Part shown: positions 25,733 to 34,310 of the stretch, one piece after another
Numbering within the stretch: position 1 is the first letter of the stretch
Layout of the letters: the number at the start of each line of letters is the position of its first letter
DNA from: a virus
Lineage: Duplodnaviria > Caudoviricetes
IMG/VR virus record: IMGVR_UViG_3300020044_005702
Span: 1 to 53,602 of that record
DNA: 53,602 bases
Strand: one strand, 5' to 3'
The notes under the pieces: generated by a model
Database searches by the model: none
Seen by the model: the letters and a program-made list of their open reading frames with translations, nothing else
Told to the model about the DNA's origin: nothing
Translations under genes and position numbers: made by a program

Positions 25733-27823
25733 ATGGCAACACCACTCGGCGCTGGCTATATAACAGTAGCCTTTATTGCTGCAAGACTTGCTGCACCATC
25801 TGTCGGAGGCACAGCTGGAACAGCAAGTCTTAATGCTGTCGCTGGATTAACCGCGCTGCCTTCAATTCAACGCAGTGCAAATTTAATTGGTGTTAGTAGA
25901 GTAGATGCTAACTTAGCTTTTGTACGCACATCTGACGTTCGTGGCATTGCTACAGTTACGTCATCACCATCTTTCGTACGCACATCTGACATAAGTGGCA
26001 TTGCTACAGTTACGTCATCACCATCTTTCGTACGCACATCTGACATAAGTGCCCGTGCATCTCTGGTAGCTGATGTTTCTTTTGTACGCACATCCGACGT
26101 TACTGCACGTGCATCTCTGGTAGCTAATGTTTCTTTTGTGTGCACATCGGATGTTCGTGGTGTTGCTACAGTTACATCATCATTAGTTTCCACGGGAGCA
26201 TCTGACGTAAGTGCCCGTGCATCTCTGGTAGCTGATGTTTCTTTTGTACGTACATCGGATGTAACAGGGTTAGCTAATGTAACTAGTGTATATAGCAGAG
26301 TAGGCTCATTATCTGTTTTTGCATCAGCTACCATCAATGCAAATGTTAGTTTTGTACGGCAGTCTGATGTTTTTGGTAAATCTACTATAACGTCAGCTGT
26401 TTCTTTTGTTCGTGATGGATCGGTTACTGGTTCTGGCAACTTACTTGCTACGCCAACATATAGCGTAACATCTCAGATAAATGGTCGAGCTAATGTAGAA
26501 TCCACAGCTACAGGATCTGCAGCGTCAACAGTAAGTGCATTTGCTAGACTAGATGCCTCATACACTATCGACAACCAGCGTAGTAGCAGCATTACTGGTG
26601 TTGCTAACCTATCTGCTACTTCTTCCATAGTCAATATTCGCACTAGTGACATTACTGGTGTTGCTAACCTATCTGCTACTTCTTCCATAGTCAATATTCG
26701 CACTAGTGACATTACTGGTGTTGCTAATCTTTCTGCTACTTCTTCCGTAATTAATATTCGCACTAGTGACATCACTGGTGTTGCTAACCTATCTGCTACT
26801 TCTTCCGTAATTAATATTCGCACTAGCAGTATTACCGCCTATGGTAATTTATCTGCGTCATATGACATAAGTTATCCACGCAGCAGCAGTATCACGGGTT
26901 GCGCTAATTTAACTGCAACTATATCTAGCACTGGTGCCAGTGCAATAAGTGCATTCGCTAGACTTGATGCCTCATACACTATCAATAATCAGCGTAGCAG
27001 CAGTATTGTTGGTAAGGCAACGCTTGACGCAATACCAACACTTACTAACCTAATAAACGGTTCTTCATCAATAACGGCTGTTGCGCGAGTAGATGCATCT
27101 ATACAATTTGTTCGCACTAGTGACATAACTGCTTATGGTGCTTTGCTTGCAACAGCAACTGTTGTTAATCCAACTTATCTGTCATCGTCAATTATTGGTG
27201 TAGGCACGTTAAATGCTATACCCGCAACTCAGGCATCCTCATCAATCACTGGCAATGGCAACGTAACAGCTTTACCTTCTACGCAACTACAATCATCTAT
27301 AGTTGGTATTGCCTCGGTCGATGCAAGTGCAACAATAGCAAATCCTACGTACCTAGATAGTGCAATTGTAGGTACTGGTAATTTAACAGCCAGCGTATCA
27401 TTTGTTAGCACATCTTCTATTCGTGGTATCGCTACGATAATTTCGTATTCAATATCGCCAACTACGCCAGCTCAAGCGCTGTTTGCAAATATACGTGGAA
27501 TTGCTAATGTAATTGCGGATGGCGACATCCCTGCCATTTGCGAATGTCCAGAGTATTTAAATTTATTTCCATTAGTTTGCGGGTACACAGTAGATGATTT
27601 ATGCCCAGACGCGATAGCAGTTACGCAATATGATGTGCCATTTACTCTGCCTGTATTCAGGATGCATTTACTTGGCGAGACATTAGTTGGTGGTACGGCC
27701 ACAGCAGCATATGACACAGGTTACTTGACAAATGGTCAGTACAATAATAGTGGTACGCTTATAGATAATAGTAAGCGCGACGAAACATTAGTAAGAACAT
27801 TTAAACGAATGGGGTGTATGTAA
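25733..27823 (+). CDS. Ser/Thr/Ala tandem-repeat virion protein, 696 aa
   Basis: Roughly 30 repeats of 16-22 aa (consensus about S-x-I-T-G-x-A-x-L-x-A) and a Cys-containing C-terminal region. Confidence 0.8.
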   Translation: MATPLGAGYITVAFIAARLAAPSVGGTAGTASLNAVAGLTALPSIQRSANLIGVSRVDANLAFVRTSDVRGIATVTSSPSFVRTSDISGIATVTSSPSFVRTSDISARASLVADVSFVRTSDVTARASLVANVSFVCTSDVRGVATVTSSLVSTGASDVSARASLVADVSFVRTSDVTGLANVTSVYSRVGSLSVFASATINANVSFVRQSDVFGKSTITSAVSFVRDGSVTGSGNLLATPTYSVTSQINGRANVESTATGSAASTVSAFARLDASYTIDNQRSSSITGVANLSATSSIVNIRTSDITGVANLSATSSIVNIRTSDITGVANLSATSSVINIRTSDITGVANLSATSSVINIRTSSITAYGNLSASYDISYPRSSSITGCANLTATISSTGASAISAFARLDASYTINNQRSSSIVGKATLDAIPTLTNLINGSSSITAVARVDASIQFVRTSDITAYGALLATATVVNPTYLSSSIIGVGTLNAIPATQASSSITGNGNVTALPSTQLQSSIVGIASVDASATIANPTYLDSAIVGTGNLTASVSFVSTSSIRGIATIISYSISPTTPAQALFANIRGIANVIADGDIPAICECPEYLNLFPLVCGYTVDDLCPDAIAVTQYDVPFTLPVFRMHLLGETLVGGTATAAYDTGYLTNGQYNNSGTLIDNSKRDETLVRTFKRMGCM
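25919..26260 (+). repeat. 54-bp (18-aa) tandem repeats, about 6 units
   Basis: GTACGCACATCTGAC recurs at 54-bp spacing (25922, 25976, 26030); units FVRTSD(V/I)xG-IATVTSSPS or A-RASLVADVS. Confidence 0.9.
26581..26835 (+). repeat. 60-bp (20-aa) near-identical tandem repeats, 4 units plus a partial
   Basis: CACTAGTGACATTACTGGTGTTGCTAACCTATCTGCTACTTCTTCC..AATATTCG repeats in register with the 60-nt lines. Confidence 0.95.
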
Positions 27824-30800
27824 TGGCTATACGAGCAATGAATAACCAGCAATCCTACGTACTTGGTGACGTTACGTGGATTGGCATGGATACACGTATT
27901 CAGCCAAACAAGTTGAAGGATGGATACGCGCAAAACATTGAGAACATGATGATTGATGGAAACTCGCCAGTATTGCGAAACGGTTTCCGTGGCATCATGA
28001 ATACGTTTAACGCTAACCCAGTTTACGAACTGACAGCGCTTAAGAGTTCGGCAACCGTAAGTAAGTTAGTGTATGCAAAGAATGGAAAGTTATATGCAAC
28101 TGATCCATCTGGTGCTCCAGCAACAGAAACTGAGTTAACCGATCAGACTACAGGTGCGTCGTTTGCTTTCCCCTCAGCGGGGAAACTTGTTCGCATGACA
28201 CAGTACGGGAGATATATCTATGGTGTTGGTGGTAGTGGATCTACGTTCAGTTTGTTTCGTACTAATGGAACTATTGCTGCATCTTTGCCAAGTGTATCTG
28301 GTCCAACATCTACTAAGCCAAACGCTACCGGAATTGTCAAAGCTGTAAAGTCTTACACGTCTGGCACGTATGGTGATGCTGCAGCTAACGCTACATTTGG
28401 TTCGTTTACAACTCCAAGTAATAACAGAATACAGAATGAATTGTTTGCAACTAATAGCGGGACAACTGCTGCAAACTGGAATGTTAATGCTGGTGATCCA
28501 TCTATTGGAACTAGCAGTGGTGTAGATGTTGTTTTAAAAGCATTGCCATGGGGTGGGTCAAAAGGTACTGTATCTAGAGGTTCTGATAATAGGACTACTG
28601 GCTGGGTAGCACAGATCAACCAGCCACAAGACTACATCATACAGAACGTAACAAGTCTACCTACGTACACGCAGGATGGTAGTACTCCAAAAGTCAATGG
28701 CTTGTTCAGGCTAAAGTTCTGGTTAATGAACTACGACGATACTAAACCATTTAATGGACAATACATAAATGTAACCGTGCAAGGTTATAACAGTACAACG
28801 ATTATTGGTACAAATAAAATTTCTGGAGCATTATTTTCGGCTACTGCTGATGCAGCACCAAAGCAAACGTTATCTGACTGGATTGCATTTGAGTATGTTA
28901 TAGATTTCCGTGAATTTGAGGGAACACTACAAGCGGTACAGGTGCAGTTAAGTAATAGTGGATGGTTTCGTGATGCCGATCCCGGAATCTTAGTAGATAA
29001 CGTTCAGTTACATTCTGTTTTATCCAGCGCTAACGATAACGCAACAACAACAGATCTAGGCCTAGCTGGTTTTAAAGCTGCTCAAGTAAACACGAGTGTT
29101 ACTGGTTTATATGGCGGATATGTACAGAACAGACTTATTAAATTAACACTCCCGTCTACAGTAGACCTATCTCTTAAGGCGGGTCTTGGCATACGTGCTG
29201 AGTTACATCCAAACATACGTACCGTAGAAATGCCACTGAGTATTGGTATTAAAGAAGGATCAACGATTGCTTGGTCTGGACAGGCTGTTTACAACGCACG
29301 GACAAGATTCCTAGAGTTTCAGTTATTTCCGATACCACCCGCATCACGTGATGCTGTCAACTCAGTTTACTTGCGCTTTGACGAGGATATACCAGACGTA
29401 GCAAATGACGCTGTATTAGTTGGCTTAGGTGATGTTGTTGTGCAAGGCGGGCTTGCGCCAGATAACCAATACAAATATATCTATACAAGATGGAAAGCTG
29501 CTCCAGCTGCTTGGCGAGCATCATCTGCATACAACATAGTTGCACCTCCGGGCGAAGGTATAGAGACAACACCGTGCGAATTTAGTAGTGAGATTGAGTC
29601 TTCCGTTGCATATTCAAGAGGAAGAATCACCTTCTCTGATACTGGATTGCGAACTTCTACAACTGATTACACCTACGATTACATCTTGGTTTATCGCAGG
29701 TGTGACACATTGTTTACAGATGGTATGCCCCGTCTTATTGCAATGATTCCTACTAATCTAGGAACAGCTGCCTCATATACAGGCCAATCGGCAAAGGTGT
29801 TTGATTACGTTACCTCTACACTTGTAAACAGTGACTCTGTAACGTTTGACGTTAGCTGGGCAACCAATACAGCAACGTACACAATTTACGATGACGTAAA
29901 GGATACTGACATCCTTTATCCCACAAACACTGGTCGTCCCGGAATGTTTAACCATTCCGGTCGAGATCAACTACCAACTGGTTTATCGACGATTGCAAAT
30001 CATAAACAGAGACTATTTACCTCTAAGGATAATGGTTTATATGCATCGTGGCCTTTGAATAAAGACAACGAGTACGGCGTATACACCACTAATATTCCGA
30101 ACGTACAAGATCCGTTTATGGCGATCAAGGGTGCGTTTATGACAATAGGATCACAGGATGACAATGAGAAAATTGTAAACCTTTTGTCCTATTCTGCAGA
30201 AAGCGTAGTAGCTGCTGGTGGTGATACATCGGCTGTGTTAATTGCCTACCGTGAAAACAGTATTGTTCCAATCATGGGATTTGATCCTACGTCTTTTCAA
30301 GCACAGCAATTTGTGCGTGAAGCTGGAGCTGGTTTACTGGCAAGTAAAGGTATTGCCAGTTTAGTTGGACAAGCATTACACGTATCTAGTTCAGGTATTA
30401 GTGTAATGAATGGAACTAAGATTGAACCTATGAGCTTGCCACTGGAAGGTGTATTAAACCCACGGTCTATGGATTATGGACCAACTGGGTCAGCACAATA
30501 TATTGGTGCAGCTGCATATGCAGATATTATTCTCATACCGCATGAACGTCGGTTGTATGCATTTGCTCCTGTAGCTGGTTCGTCTACTGCCAATTCAAAT
30601 AGTGTGATTTATATATATGACACACGAACTACTGGATGGGTCAAGTGGAAGCTGCCTGTATTCTCATCAGTGCAAGTTAATGTTAGTAGTGCCGTATCTT
30701 GTACATCAATTAATGACGTATCTGATATGTATGTTGGTGCATCTAATGGACAGATCTATAGACTCGAAGGGTTTAGTGATAGACCAACATTTGCTGGTGC

Positions 30801-31146
30801 AACTCAAGGGATTGACTGGAAGATTACTACACGCAGATATGGGCAGACATACGCTGAAGGTGTTGCCTATTATGGTACAAATAGACCGCATCAAGTTAAC
30901 GTCCATTACTACACACCGTCGGCTATTCAATTTACATGGAAGTTAACTAACAACAAGTTTGTATCGCAGACTGGTACTTATACAACACTTGCCAATCAAG
31001 ATAAAGCAATTGGGTTTAGGCAGATTCCAAATGAATTACGCGGCACATGGTTAGAGTTAGAAGTGTATGGAACTGCTGCTACGTCAAGGATTGAGATTCA
31101 TGCCTTGTCAGTAATGTCTACTGAGAGCAGTGTAAGGAGGAGTTAA
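27823..31146 (+). CDS. Tail nozzle / tubular protein B (P22 gp10-like) with large inserted domains
   Basis: GMDTR..YAQNIENM..LRNG start, beta-propeller-like blades (HKQRLF, IYIYDTRTTGWVKW, GQIYRL), C-terminal WKITTRRY...WLELEV; start at the coupled ATG 27823. Confidence 0.75.
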   Translation: MAIRAMNNQQSYVLGDVTWIGMDTRIQPNKLKDGYAQNIENMMIDGNSPVLRNGFRGIMNTFNANPVYELTALKSSATVSKLVYAKNGKLYATDPSGAPATETELTDQTTGASFAFPSAGKLVRMTQYGRYIYGVGGSGSTFSLFRTNGTIAASLPSVSGPTSTKPNATGIVKAVKSYTSGTYGDAAANATFGSFTTPSNNRIQNELFATNSGTTAANWNVNAGDPSIGTSSGVDVVLKALPWGGSKGTVSRGSDNRTTGWVAQINQPQDYIIQNVTSLPTYTQDGSTPKVNGLFRLKFWLMNYDDTKPFNGQYINVTVQGYNSTTIIGTNKISGALFSATADAAPKQTLSDWIAFEYVIDFREFEGTLQAVQVQLSNSGWFRDADPGILVDNVQLHSVLSSANDNATTTDLGLAGFKAAQVNTSVTGLYGGYVQNRLIKLTLPSTVDLSLKAGLGIRAELHPNIRTVEMPLSIGIKEGSTIAWSGQAVYNARTRFLEFQLFPIPPASRDAVNSVYLRFDEDIPDVANDAVLVGLGDVVVQGGLAPDNQYKYIYTRWKAAPAAWRASSAYNIVAPPGEGIETTPCEFSSEIESSVAYSRGRITFSDTGLRTSTTDYTYDYILVYRRCDTLFTDGMPRLIAMIPTNLGTAASYTGQSAKVFDYVTSTLVNSDSVTFDVSWATNTATYTIYDDVKDTDILYPTNTGRPGMFNHSGRDQLPTGLSTIANHKQRLFTSKDNGLYASWPLNKDNEYGVYTTNIPNVQDPFMAIKGAFMTIGSQDDNEKIVNLLSYSAESVVAAGGDTSAVLIAYRENSIVPIMGFDPTSFQAQQFVREAGAGLLASKGIASLVGQALHVSSSGISVMNGTKIEPMSLPLEGVLNPRSMDYGPTGSAQYIGAAAYADIILIPHERRLYAFAPVAGSSTANSNSVIYIYDTRTTGWVKWKLPVFSSVQVNVSSAVSCTSINDVSDMYVGASNGQIYRLEGFSDRPTFAGATQGIDWKITTRRYGQTYAEGVAYYGTNRPHQVNVHYYTPSAIQFTWKLTNNKFVSQTGTYTTLANQDKAIGFRQIPNELRGTWLELEVYGTAATSRIEIHALSVMSTESSVRRS

Positions 31147-31589
31147 TGGCACTACCAAGCGGATTAGCTACACCAGATTCAGCGTCATCTTCATTAGGTG
31201 GAGTATCTGGACCCGGCAAGAGTAAAGCAATAGTAAGCCCTAATGTGCAACAGCGTGGTGGATTCAGTCCAGTAAATGCACCTTTCAATTTTGTAGCACA
31301 ACGTGTTACTAGTAGTGCGACTCTAGATAGTGGACAATTAATATTGCAAGTGAATGCAGCATCTGCTGCAGTAGTATTGACTTTGCCACGTGCATACTAT
31401 GCTAATGGGCAATTTATACATATAATCAAAACAGATACTACAGCAAATCAAGTTAGTGCTATTGCTCAAACTGGTGACACACTAGGAAAAGCTGCTGCAA
31501 AAGCTTGGCCTGTAGCGCAATACGAAACGGTTACATTGGTATCACAGGTAGATTCATCCGGATTAGGCGTGTGGTACGTATTACAATAG
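31146..31589 (+). CDS. Small tail fibre/needle-like protein
   Basis: VNAASAAVVLTLP..NGQFIHIIKTD..WYVL pattern seen in phage fibre domains; follows the nozzle. Confidence 0.55.
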   Translation: MALPSGLATPDSASSSLGGVSGPGKSKAIVSPNVQQRGGFSPVNAPFNFVAQRVTSSATLDSGQLILQVNAASAAVVLTLPRAYYANGQFIHIIKTDTTANQVSAIAQTGDTLGKAAAKAWPVAQYETVTLVSQVDSSGLGVWYVLQ

Positions 31590-31599
31590 GAGAAATGAT

Positions 31600-32355
31600 A
31601 TGCCACTTCCAGCATATGCAGTAGGCTTAGGCGCACAATTTCTTGGGAACATGGCAGGTGGATTATTTAAGAAACAAAATAATCCATATCAGGCTCAACT
31701 GTCTCAACAAAGAATGTTCAACCAAAATATACAGAATCAACAGTATGGATTAGCACAACAGAATCAAGCAACAGCTAATAAGTTTAATAATATGTATAGC
31801 CGTGGTGTGCAAAACGAGATGGAGAGGTTAAACAATCCAGATGCAACCAACGAGATGCTCCGCAGTGCAACATCACAAATGGGCAACATTACAGGCAATG
31901 CCGCACAAGCTCAAGCTCGTTACAACCAGATGGGTAACAATTTAAATATGGGTGCTGGTATGACTGGCAATATGATGCAAGACAATTTCTTTAATGATCC
32001 TATTGCTAGAGCAGTATCTCAAGGTGCTATGCAGTATGCCCTTGGTGCAGATCAGCGTCGCAATGCAGCATTGGGTATGGCTGGGCAAGCATATAATCAA
32101 TATCAAGGCAATGCTAATCAAGGTTATAACATGGCTTCTGGTATGGCTAATAATATGTATAACCAATATCAAGGCGAAGCACAGCAGGAAATGGAACGTA
32201 ATGCTGCGTTACAGAATCAGAGAGATCAAGTTGCTGGAATGTTTGGTCAACTTGGTGGTCAGTACCTCAATCAAATGAATGCGGACCGTGACTTTGGATT
32301 GCAAAAGGGTTTGATAGACGCTCAAACCCAGTATTACAAGACTAAGGTAAGTTAG
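31600..32355 (+). CDS. Putative ejection/DNA pilot protein 1 (Gln/Asn/Met-rich)
   Basis: Gly-rich hydrophobic N-terminus, amide-rich helical body; first of three internal-protein genes after the tail. Confidence 0.65.
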   Translation: MPLPAYAVGLGAQFLGNMAGGLFKKQNNPYQAQLSQQRMFNQNIQNQQYGLAQQNQATANKFNNMYSRGVQNEMERLNNPDATNEMLRSATSQMGNITGNAAQAQARYNQMGNNLNMGAGMTGNMMQDNFFNDPIARAVSQGAMQYALGADQRRNAALGMAGQAYNQYQGNANQGYNMASGMANNMYNQYQGEAQQEMERNAALQNQRDQVAGMFGQLGGQYLNQMNADRDFGLQKGLIDAQTQYYKTKVS

Positions 32356-32364
32356 GATACACAT

Positions 32365-34272
32365 ATGAAAATTGGACAATCTGGTGTTAGTGGCTTACTT
32401 GGTTTCTTTGATGCTTTAAATAAAGGTAATCAAGAATCGCAAGCTCGGCGCAGTAAAACTTTAGAGATGGGTCTTGGTTTTGCAAAAGAAAACCGAGAAC
32501 TTGCTAGGCAAGACATTTCAGACAAGCGAGCAAAAGAAGCATTTGAGGCACAACAGAAATTAACTGCGCTGCAAACTGAAGGGCAAGAGTTTAATTTAAA
32601 CCAATCAAAGAGACAACCGTATCTAACAGCTGTGCAAGCGCGTGATGCAAAAAAAGCCACACTTGCAACGCTGAGGGCGCAGATACCAACACTTATTGAG
32701 CAATTAGGTAAAACCCGACAACCAGCCGCTATCCAAGGAATTAATGCAAAACTTGCTGAAGTTACAAGGCAAATTAATGGAACGTCAAGTGACTGGGCGC
32801 GACAGGTAAAAGGATACGGCTTAACGCCAGAGCAAGAAGCAGATCTTTTGAATTTAGAAGCAGATGATCAACCAGCACCTGCGCAAACAACATCGCCGAT
32901 TGGTGCTCCAGCACAAAGTGTACAGGCGGAACAATCTATTACTGGCCCAGCCGTTACTGGATTTTCACCATTATCAAGCAAGCCAGAACTTGGAGGAACA
33001 TCGCAAGGTTTTGGTTCAGCGCCTGTTGGCATGGGTGGTGCTAGTAGTGGTTTTGGTTCAGTGCCTACTCCACAAACAGGATCACTTCCACCACAGCAAC
33101 AATCTACTGATCTTCCACCTGCTATTTATCAGATGCTTCAACAGGGTGGTGCTACTGTGCAACCTAGTCCTGTAGATGCATTATTGGCAAAGCTTGGTTT
33201 GACTAAACCGGAAGCTGGTTCAGCTCCTATGTCAGCAGAAGAACAGGAGAAAATTCTCAAGGATTTTGAAGCGCTTGGACTTGGTGGTCAAGTATCAGGT
33301 GCAGATCTTCCAGAACCACAATTTGATCTTAAAGGATTGCTTAAACCAGAAAGTATTCCTACTAATATTGATTTAGGAAAAGCTGTAACTAGATTACTGC
33401 CTCAAATCCAAAGCTCTGTTCGTAGATTAGCCGAGTTAAATAATGTAACCGTTAGTGACGTACAAGAAGTTTTATTTGGCAAAGACACTACGAAATGGGC
33501 CGTTGGTTCGGATGGTAAAGACCAAGTACCTGCAGATATGACTGCAATTAAATCTGGAATGGCTAGGTATTTATCACCAAAACCTGAAGTTGTTGCAAAG
33601 TGGGCTGATCAATTAGTAAAGGTTGATGATCGAAAGTACGAAGGTATTAAATTAGCAGCGCAGCAAGCTTTTGAAGCAGCTCAAAATAATAAGAATAGAA
33701 TTAATGCACGAGAAGTGGCTCGAATTACCGCAGACGCAACAAAGGCTGGTCAGGATGCCAATACCGCACGTGCATATGCTGGCATGAACGCCGATCTAAT
33801 TGAACGTGCAGATAGGCAATATTTTGCTACAGCTGAAACAGCTATCAACGGTCTTGCTACAGATCCAGCGTCAACGCTAGTAAACCTCGGTGTAGTTGAC
33901 AGAGTTACAAAACTTGGCGTTGATGTAGATATTGCAAAGGTTATGACAGAGACGTTAGTTGAAGCATTAGGCGTTGAAAGAAATAAGTTTTCACCTACAA
34001 AAACAGATTACGCCGTATCTCCTATGACCTTTCAAAGTAGATTGAATAATGCAACAATAAATGCAAAAATAGCATCTATTGACGCAGGTATAAAAGCAAT
34101 AGATGCGAAGGTTCCGCCAGCCAACACAGGCCAAGGTGGCATGTCAGCAAATCAAGATACTGCACTCAGAGAACAACTTGTAGCGCAAAAGCGTCGTCTG
34201 GAAGCGTTGCGTAAAACTATGACAGGTGGATCTGGTGCTCAGGACAAATCTCCGAAAACTATACCAAAGTAG
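32365..34272 (+). CDS. Putative ejection protein 2, 635 aa
   Basis: SGLLGFFDALNKG start, coiled coils, Pro/Gln/Ser linker; synteny with podoviral ejection genes. Confidence 0.6.
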   Translation: MKIGQSGVSGLLGFFDALNKGNQESQARRSKTLEMGLGFAKENRELARQDISDKRAKEAFEAQQKLTALQTEGQEFNLNQSKRQPYLTAVQARDAKKATLATLRAQIPTLIEQLGKTRQPAAIQGINAKLAEVTRQINGTSSDWARQVKGYGLTPEQEADLLNLEADDQPAPAQTTSPIGAPAQSVQAEQSITGPAVTGFSPLSSKPELGGTSQGFGSAPVGMGGASSGFGSVPTPQTGSLPPQQQSTDLPPAIYQMLQQGGATVQPSPVDALLAKLGLTKPEAGSAPMSAEEQEKILKDFEALGLGGQVSGADLPEPQFDLKGLLKPESIPTNIDLGKAVTRLLPQIQSSVRRLAELNNVTVSDVQEVLFGKDTTKWAVGSDGKDQVPADMTAIKSGMARYLSPKPEVVAKWADQLVKVDDRKYEGIKLAAQQAFEAAQNNKNRINAREVARITADATKAGQDANTARAYAGMNADLIERADRQYFATAETAINGLATDPASTLVNLGVVDRVTKLGVDVDIAKVMTETLVEALGVERNKFSPTKTDYAVSPMTFQSRLNNATINAKIASIDAGIKAIDAKVPPANTGQGGMSANQDTALREQLVAQKRRLEALRKTMTGGSGAQDKSPKTIPK

Positions 34273-34276
34273 GTAA

Positions 34277-34305
34277 TTGTTTCTTTTTGTAGTCAATGGG
34301 ATAAT
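34277..34305 (+). promoter_or_regulatory. Putative sigma70-type promoter directly before the giant gene
   Basis: TTGTTT-17 bp-GATAAT with a TG extension; ATG 5 nt after the -10; no SD. Confidence 0.4.
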
Positions 34306-34310
34306 AAAAC

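Noticed and set aside
26581-26835. Regular repeats as a CRISPR array or DGR template/variable pair
   Set aside because: Units are contiguous in-frame coding repeats with no unique spacers; no cas or reverse transcriptase gene in the window.
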